From Acidobacteriota bacterium (GTDB lineage: Bacteria; Acidobacteriota; Thermoanaerobaculia; Multivoradales; JAGPDF01): a stretch of 64,000 nucleotides of DNA. This document shows positions 48,801-57,800 of the stretch, piece after piece. A model generated the notes under the pieces. That model searched no databases. It was not told the origin of the DNA and saw nothing but the letters and a program-made list of their open reading frames with translations. How positions within the stretch are numbered: position 1 is the stretch's first letter; every line of letters starts with the position of its first letter. A program made the translations under genes and the position numbers. The stretch is from contig BTUO01000007.1 in assembly GCA_045862895.1 (NCBI GenBank), positions 67,615-131,614 on the forward strand, written 5' to 3'.

Positions 48801-51800
48801 CGGCTGGTGGACGGCTCGCAGCTCGGCGAGGCGGACGGGTTGAGTGTGGGCGCCGTCGAGCGGCGACGCCCAGAGGACGACTCGGAGTCGATCCGTCGGA
48901 TAGAGATCCGAGGCGAGCCAGTGCTGCTGCGGGTCCGTGTTGCCCCGCCAAGTCGCAAGTGGCACCCAGACCCCGCCGAACTCCGCCTCGAGGTCGAAAT
49001 CTGTGGGCGCGAACTGGAGCTCGGAGGTCGCGAGCCAGTCGATCTCGACGCGAGCGACGAAGCGCGTTTCCGGCCAGGTGACTTCCAGTGACTGACCCGC
49101 GAGCACTTCGGACTCGTCGACCCAAGGCGCCCAGTAGGTCGCGCCGTCACCGTCGATCGCCATCTCGGCCGAGCCCGGGGGGAAGGACTCGGTCGACGCG
49201 CTGGCCGTCGCGTCGGCGATCGTCGCCGGCGCGAGAACCGACGAGCCGTCCCGCCAAGGGCGGTAGCCGACGACGTCCGGCTCGGGATTCGCGTCCCAAG
49301 TCACGACCACTTCATTCGCTCCGGCGCCCGGCGACGCGACGACGCTCGCGGGCGCCGTGGGCGGCGCGCCGACCGTGACGTCCACGGCGGCGTCGCGCGT
49401 GCGGTTCCCCGCGGGGTCGGTAACCCGGACCGTCAAGGTGTTGACGCCGTCCGCCAGCGGCAGGTCGCTCCAGACGAAACCGCCGTCGGAATCGGTGCCG
49501 ACCGGTGGAATCGGAGCGGTTCCGGTTCCGGAGGCGATCTCGCCCGCCGCGGTTCCGAGGTAGGCGCTCACGCCGGAAAGCGCCGCGACCGGCTGGCGCG
49601 TCGGAGTGTACGGTTGCGTCAGCCGGGGAGTCGCCACCCGCGCCGGCGCCGGGGCCGAGGGCTCGGATTCGTTGTCGGAATCGTCGACGGCGATCACCGC
49701 GTACTCGTAGGGTCCGTCGGCGAGGGCCTCGTCGAGATATCCAGGTGTCGCCACCGGCGTCGCCGTCAGGCGTTCCGACGTCCCGTCCGCACCGGCGCGA
49801 TCGACGTGGTACCCGATGACGTCGGACTCCGGGCTCGCGCTCCAGTCGAGCGTCACGTCCCCGCCGTCGACAGCCGCGACGAGGTCGAGCGGCGCCGACG
49901 GTGGCGTCAGGTCCGCGTAAGTCACGAGAATCGCGGGCGCGGCCGGGTCGGTGGCACCGTTGTCGTCGGTTGCCACGGCCCGCAGCTCGAAGTCGCCGTG
50001 CTCGAGATCGGGCTCGAAGGCGAGCGGATCGAAGGTGGTCTCCCAGGGCGGCTGAACGTCGGTCGAGCCGAACGCCGCCCAGGTGCCGCTGCCCGCGACC
50101 CGCCATTCGAAGACGACGCTCGCGACGTCCTCGTCGTCGCTCTCGGCGCGGACGAAGAGCGGCTCTTCGAAGCGGGCGCCGTCGACCGGGACGACGATCT
50201 CCGCGCGCGGTGGGTGCCGGTCGATCGTGACCTCCGCCGGAGCCGACGGACCGCTGACATTGCCAGCCTGGTCGATCGCCGCCACCAGGTAGGAGAACGT
50301 CCCGTCGGGCCGCCCGGCGTCGAGATAGCTGGTCTCGGACAGCGCGTAACGGCGCAGGTCGCCTTCGACGCCGCCGGGCGCGTTGACCAGCACGCCGTCC
50401 CGGTAGAGCAGGTAGCCGAGCAGGTCGGCCTCGGCGTTGGCGTTCCAGGCGGCCTGGACGTCGCCGGTACCGCCGACGACCGTCGCGGTGAGACCCGTGG
50501 GCGGCGCGGGCGCGACGTTGTCGACGGTGACCACGACCTCCGACACCGCGACGTTGCCCGCGAGGTCCTCGCCCTCGAGCCGCAGGCGGTAGGAGGCCCC
50601 CTCCGGGAGCCCCGCGGTCGACCACTCGTGGATCGCCGCGGCGACCACCGGGACCGGCGACCGACGCAGGAGCGCGGGCTCGCCTCCCGGCTCCGCTCGC
50701 ACGGTCAGGCGGTACTCGCGGAAGTCGTCGACGCTGTAGGCCGTACCCGAGATCACCACCACGCCCGAGACCGTCGTGGCGTCGGACGGCGCGGAGATCG
50801 CCACCGTCGGAGGCGTGACATCGACCACCACGGTCGCTACGTTCGAGGGCGCACCCTCCCAGCCGGCCGCGTCGACGGCGCGAACCACGTAGGCGTGGCT
50901 GCCCTCGGCGAGCGCGGCATCGAGAAGCGTCGGCGCCGGGACCGGCGCGGGCGTCAGCCGCGCGCCGTCGCGATCGACGACGTAGCCGATCACGTCCGGC
51001 TCGGGGCTCGGGCTCCACTCGAGGCGCGCGTCGGAGCCGTTCTCGAGCGTCGCCGTCAGGGTGGTCGGACCCGGCGGGTGGGTGTCGACGCTCAGCGCGA
51101 CCTCGGTCGAGGCGGCGTTGCCGGCGAGGTCGATCGCGGCGAGACGCAGGCGGTAGTCGCCGTCCGAGGGCAGCGCCGCCCAGAGGTGGAGCTGGCCACC
51201 GACGATCGATGAAGCGCCGCCGCCGATCGGCGTGAAGGCCTCGGTGCCCGCCGGCGCCACCGCCAGCGTGTAGCTCTCGAGATGCGCGTCCGCCGCCGTA
51301 CCGAGGATCGGCGCCGGCTCGCGCACCCACGCGCCGGCGGCGGGCGAGTCGATCGCGACCTGCGGTCCGAGGTTGTCGATCGTCAGCTGGACGGAATCGA
51401 CCGCCGACTGGCCCGCGCGATCCTCGGCGATCAGCCTCAGGGTGTAGAGACCATCCGCGACGCCGGTCGGCAGCCAGTCGAGCAGGGTCTCGCCGGCGGG
51501 CAGATCGGCGCCCGAAACGAGCGGAATCCAGGTCGTCGGCGCGGTACCCGCGCCCAGCTCGACGCGCCACTCGGCGAGGTGCTCTTCGGCGACCGCCCCG
51601 CGGATCGCGACCGCGCCGCCGGCGGCACCGAGCAGGTCGCCGTTCGCGGGCGCGAGCAGGTCGACGACGGGAGGCGTGTTGTCGACGACGAACGGCACGA
51701 TCTGCTCGACCTGGATCTCGCCAGCGTCAGCGGCCCGTACGCGCAAGGCGTAGTCGCCCTCGGCGAGCCCCTCCAGGCTGCCGAGCGGTGCGCTCGACTG

Positions 51801-54800
51801 CGCCGCCGAGCCGCTCGCGAGGTCGGTCCAGACCGGGTCGACGGGATCGGAGGCGAGGGCGACCGACCAGGAGACCAGGCGCTCGTCTGCGATCGATCCG
51901 ACGACCTGGCCCTCGCCCGTGACGTAGCCGTCGGCGGGTCGCTCCACCGTGACCGCGGGGGGCGTGCGGTCGAGCTCGACCAGGATCTCCTCGTCCTGGG
52001 TGATCGCCGGGTTGGCCTCGAGCTCGGCGAGGACGCGCACGCGGTAGCGACCGTCCGGAGCCGCGTTCGCGCCGGTATCCGCGCCGTCCCAGAGGAACGT
52101 CGACGCGCCCGGCGCCGCGAGCTGCGCGAGCGCCAGGCGGCGCACGAGCGTGTCGGTCTCGGTGCGGATCTCGACGGTGAGCCGCGACTCGAGCTCGACG
52201 ATCACGCGCGCGGTTGTCGACTCGCGCCGCTCGTCGCCGTTGGGCGAGAACAGCGGCGGCAGCGCCGTCAGGTCGGAGAACAGACGCTCCGGACCGGTGA
52301 GGTCGTAGGTCACGCGATGCTCGTTGCGCAGCCCCCCCCGGTCGGTCGCCCGCAAGCGCAGCGTGTGCTCGCCGGAGAGACCGTAAGTGTTCCAGGTTCC
52401 GAACGGCTCCGAGGGCGGATGCTTCTGGAGGTCGTCCGTAGCGACCTCGATCCAGGTCGTCGGATCCGCTCCGACGCCGAACTCGAGCCGCCACTCCAGG
52501 AAGTTGAGGTCGGTCGCGATCCCCGCGATGGGCACCAGCATCGGCAACGGATCGCCGGGCGCGGGCGAGACGATCTGGGCGACCGGCGGCGTCGCATCGA
52601 CCCGGACGTGGAGGACGCGACTCCACTCGTTGCCGCAGCCGTCGACCGCGGTGACGACGAGTCCGTAGTCGTAGTCCGGAACCAGAGCCAGCGCATCGTC
52701 CTCGCCGCGCCAGACGAACTGCCGCGTGTCGGAGACCGGGATGTCGTCGACGAGCCGCCGCACCCGCGGTCCGACCACCCGCCAGCGGCCGAGAGTCGTG
52801 TCGAACACCGCCGGATGGACGTCGACGTCCAGCGTCACGGGTTGCGTAGCGACGAAAGTGCCGACGGTCTCGTCGAGGACGCCGTCGCCGTCGGGCGAGA
52901 TCAGATCGTCGGAGACTCCGGCCACGCCGCCGACGGCGGCGTCCGCGACGAAGCGGCGCTGACCGCAGATGAGATTGCCTCCGCGATCCCAGACGGCGGC
53001 GCGCACCGTCACCTCGCCGGCGACGCCGGGGTCGACGACGCTTCGGAACGGCCGGGGCGACTCCGTGGACAGGAAGTCCATGCCTTCCCGATTCGACCAG
53101 GAACGCGGCTCCGGATCCGTGTCGAAGCTGAGCCGGGGGGAGTAGCCGCCGGAACCTTCGATCCAGGCTTCATCCACCGTTCCGACGATCTCGAAGCCGC
53201 GTCGGAAGACTCCGGGCCGGATCTCGATCTCCGACGAGCAGAGCTGCTGTCCCTCGAGCGGGTTCGTGATCTCCAGAACCGGTGGCGTGCGGTCGACGAC
53301 ACCGAGCCGCTCGGACTCCATCGTGTCGCCGTCAACGCTCGTGACCCGAGCCACGAATCGATGCTCGCCCTCGGGCAGTTCGGCCATCGCGATCTCGAAG
53401 TCGTAGAGCTCGCCCGGTACCGGCTGATTGAAACTGCCGAGCAGATCCTCCGACCCGTCGGGCAGGCGTCGCGCGAGAGTCAGAAGCTGGAGCGAGGGCG
53501 GGGGCGACCCCGAGTGGAGCCGGGATCCGGCTCGAGCGCGGATCCGACCGGGCGCCGGCTCGCCGCAGACCTCGGCCCGCTCCGGCTCCAATTGGAGGGA
53601 AGCGGCGAAACACGAAGTCTCGGTCGTCTCGACGGCGGTGACGAGCTCGAGGCCTCCGCCAAGTCGCGCCGTGCCATAGGCCCGGTAGCCGCTGCAGAGC
53701 TGCCAGTCCTCGATGACGAACAGGTACTCGCGTACGTCGCCGGCCGGCAGAACGAAGACCGGGTCGAAGCGGCGCCACTCGGAGTACCGCGGATCGTCGT
53801 CGCTCTCGAGGTAGGCGGCCACCGACTCCGGCGGGGTCGCGCTCTCGAGCCGGACGATCACGAAGAGTCCCAGACCGGGCTCGATCGCGCCGGCGGCGAG
53901 CGCCTGCTCGAGCAGGTCGCCCGGCTCGGGGGGCTCGTCGCCGAGCGGTGCGACGTCCGCCACCCGGAATCTCGTCGAGATGCGCCGCCGCACCTGAACG
54001 CTGACGGTTCCGGACAGGTGCTCCGCTCCCTGGCTGTCGATGGCGCGCAGCCGGAGCTCGACATTGCCGGCGCCGAGGATCGGCTCCGGGTCCCACGCCA
54101 CGTCGAAGTAGCGGTCGGGAACGGCGCCGGCGACGTCGAGCGCTCCGACTTCGAAGATCCCCGCGTTGGCGGTCTCGCTCCAGACCGGAGCGCCGGGCGC
54201 CCGATACTGCACGTAGACCTGGGCGAGCACCGCTCGCGCCGTCTCGCCGACTTCGAAGCGGAGGAACCCCTCCGAGAGCACCTCGACCGGAGCGGCCGTG
54301 CAGCCCACGAGCTCCCACCCGGTCGGCAGGCCGGAGACCGGATCCTGGAGTTGCAGCTTGACGGCACCGATCGCCAGCTCTTCCTCCGCGAGCTCCAGCA
54401 GCTCGACGCGCTCGTTGCCCGCCGCGTCGGTGGCGCGCGCGCGATAGCGCCGGTTCACGTAGTCGGAGACCGAGATCCCGGGGCAGTTGGGTGCGCACTC
54501 GGGTGCCGGAACCTCACCCGGCGACAGGAGCGCGTCGAGCCAGGTCGCGGGGTTCGCGCCGACCCCCACCTCGAGCTCGACGCCGGGCGGGTCGTGCGGA
54601 GGATCGAGGGCGCCGGCGAGGAGGCCGAAGCTCCAGGCCGCGTGCCGGTCGTTCGGCAGGCGACCCGGATCGAGGCAGACCAGCCCGCCGTTCGACCAGG
54701 ACAGGGAGACCTCCGGCGCCGTCCGGTCCACCTCCACGAACTGCTCGAGGTCCTGGAGCTCGATCCGGTAGACGCCGTCGCGAACGTGGACACCGCTCTC

Positions 54801-57800
54801 GTCACGGCCGTCCCACTCGATCGACTCCTCCTCCGGCTGTGAGTGGCTCCGTGCGAACGTGCGCACCAGCACGTCGCGGTCATCGTAGATCCGAGTGTCG
54901 ACGTGGAGCGGCTCGAGCGCCCGATAGTGGATCGTCGTCGTCTCGAGGATGCCGTCGCCGTTGGGCGAGAAGACCGTAGGCGAGACCCAGAAGTCGGTCA
55001 CCGAGGGCGTGTCGGTCGCGAAGACGTGCTGCCGGTCGGTGCGGCGGTTGCCGGCGCGGTCCTCGACCGACAGGCGCACGTCGTAGGCGCCGGGCGCGGG
55101 CGGCACCCAGGTCAGGAAGGCCGCGTCGAAGACCTCCGTGGTCGAGGCGGGAGCGACCGGCGTCCAGCTCCCCGGCTCGGTCGCCGGGGCGTACTCGATC
55201 CGGTAGCGGAGGAAGTTGCGGTCGGCGGCGCTGCCCTCGAGCAGGAATCCGGGTCCGTTGGGCGAGCGCCGAGCCCGAAGCTCGGTGCCAAGGTTCAGCA
55301 GCGATCGGAACGCGAAGTAGTCGAGGCCATCCTCCGGGTTCGTGCACGGGTCGACCTCGGGATCGGCCGGTCCCCACGATTCGAAGAAGAGCGCTCGGCC
55401 GTCGGCGCTGAACGTCGGAACCTCGAACACCTCGTAGCCGGGAAACAGCGACGTCCGCCGCGCGTCCTCGTCGAGCTCGACACCGACGAGCGACTCCCCG
55501 TACCAGAACCGGTCGGTGGAGCCCCAGAGGAGCGCGCGGTCGAACGGCGCCCAGATCGGCTCGTGTCCGACCTGGAGCGGCGGCGCGTCGCCCTCTCCCA
55601 TCCCGGCGAGCGATCCGCCGCCACCTCCCCCCGACGACGGTTCGGTCCACGCCACGTGGCGGGCCTCGCCGCTCGCCAGATCGACCACCACGAGCTCGCC
55701 GATCCGGAGGTCTTCGGGTAGCGACCACTCGATCGCCAGCGCGACCTCGCGCGGCGAAGTCCGGGCGCGGGACAACTGCCTGGAATTGACGACGGCACTT
55801 GGCTCGGGCGGTTCGGTCTCGACCAGGTAGTTTCCGATCGGCTCGCCGTCGCGGCCGAAGACGTGCAGGCGGCCGGGCTCGGGATCGAGGACGACGATCC
55901 GCGTCCCGTCGAAGCTCCAGGCCGCGTTCCACCAATCATTGCCGGTGCCGCTCTCCAGAGCGACCAGCAGGCGGCTCGATTCTTCTCCGAGGTCGACGAG
56001 CCAGGCTTCGGCGCCCGCCGACGCACCATCGACGAAGAGAACCAGCCGCGATCGGTCCGGCGAGAAGATGTAGGGCTCGTATTCGTAGGCAAACCAGAGC
56101 GAGCTCGCATCCGGGAAGATCGAGTGCGCGAGCGAGGGGTCTGCGATCGGGACGGTCACCAGCGTGCCGTCCTCGCCCTCGACGAGCAGTCGGTCGCTGT
56201 TGCCATGAAATCCGATCGGGAACGGCGCCGTCGAGGTCGACTGGGGGAGCCGTGCGAGTTGGGTCCCGGCGGCGTCCGAGAACCAGGTCTCCCGCCGAGA
56301 CGTGCAGGGCGAGCCGCGCCAGGTGGCGAAGGCGATCCGCGAGCCGTCGGGCGAAACGCGCAGCGAGGTCTCGATCAAGTCACGCGGGCACGCCGGCAGC
56401 TGCTGGCCGAGTTGCGCTTCGGTGACGACCTGGGTGATCGCGCTCTCCTCGGTGGCGACGCGATAGATCCCGGAGGGATAGGTCGGGTTCCCGTCGACAA
56501 CGACGAACGCGGTCCTGGCGTCGCTCGTCGGCCGAGCGTCGCGGATCGGCGGCAGCTCGCAGGTCGCGTTCTCGACCCACTCGTACGGGGTGCCCAAGGC
56601 GTGGAAGAGCGAAGTCCGATCGGTATCGAGCGTGGCGCGCGCCGCACCGAGCCGCTCGCCCGAGCCCGCGTCGACGACCGTCAGGCGGTACTCCCCGTCG
56701 CGGGCGACGTCTCCGTCCGCGTCGGTGCCATCCCACTCGAAGCTGCCTTCGCCGCCGCTCCACGCGGGATTCGTCTCGCGCCGGACCAGGCGATCGCGAA
56801 CGTCGCGGATTTCGACGGCGAGCTCTACGGGAGCGCCCACCCGGAACGCGAAGGTGGTCGAGTCGAGGACTCCGTCGCCGTTGGGCGAGAAGAAGGGAGC
56901 GCTGACGTAGGAGTCGTCGTCCTGCACCGTGACCTGGATGCCGGCCGAGTTGTTGGCCTCGTCGCCCTCGATCAGCACCTCGTCGGCGTCGACGACGACG
57001 AAGATCGCGGCCTGGCCCGTCGGCTGATCGAAGGTCCACCCGAGAGTCGCGATGCCGCTGGCCTGGCCGGAGACCGGGTCCAGCGTCGAGTCGGCGAGCA
57101 GGACGCCACCAGCGCCCGGATCGCCGAGGAAGGCCCGGACCGCGACCGGAGCCGCGTCCTGCTCGCCGAGGTTTGCGACCTGTACGCTCAAGGTCACCGG
57201 TTCGCCCGGCACCGGGAAGGCCGGATCGAGCGAGAGGCTTCCCGCGCTGATCGCCAGATCCGGAAGGGAATGGACTTCGACGATCTGGAACGTCGAGTTG
57301 TCGGACTCCGTGTGCTCCGCGACCAGCCCCTCGGGATCGACCATCGCGTGGATCACACGATCGCCGGCGTCCGGCACCTCGGTCCAGACCGCCGCGACCT
57401 CTGTCGATCCGCCCGCGACGATCGGCGGCAGCGTCGCCGCAGCGATCTCGATGCCCGACGACGGTGGACCATCGTAGAAGGCCACCCGCGTCTCGCCGGT
57501 CGTGGCGCCGCCGTTGTTGCGCACCTCGATCGAGAGCTCGAGCGGCGAGCCCTCGCGTCCCGGCAGCGGCGAAACCGCGAAGTCTCCCGAAGCCACGGCG
57601 AGGTTGGGCACCGCCAGCGGCGTCGACGGGAAGGCCAGCGACGCCGAGTTGTTGGTCTCGTCGCCCTCGGGAACAAGGTCGTCCGGATCGAGCGTCGCGA
57701 CGAACTGCAGGTCTCCCTCGAGGTCGACGCGCCAGACGACGGTGCGCTCCGCGCTCTGCCCGGGCTCGATCTGGAGGATCACCTCCGGCAGCTCGCGGGT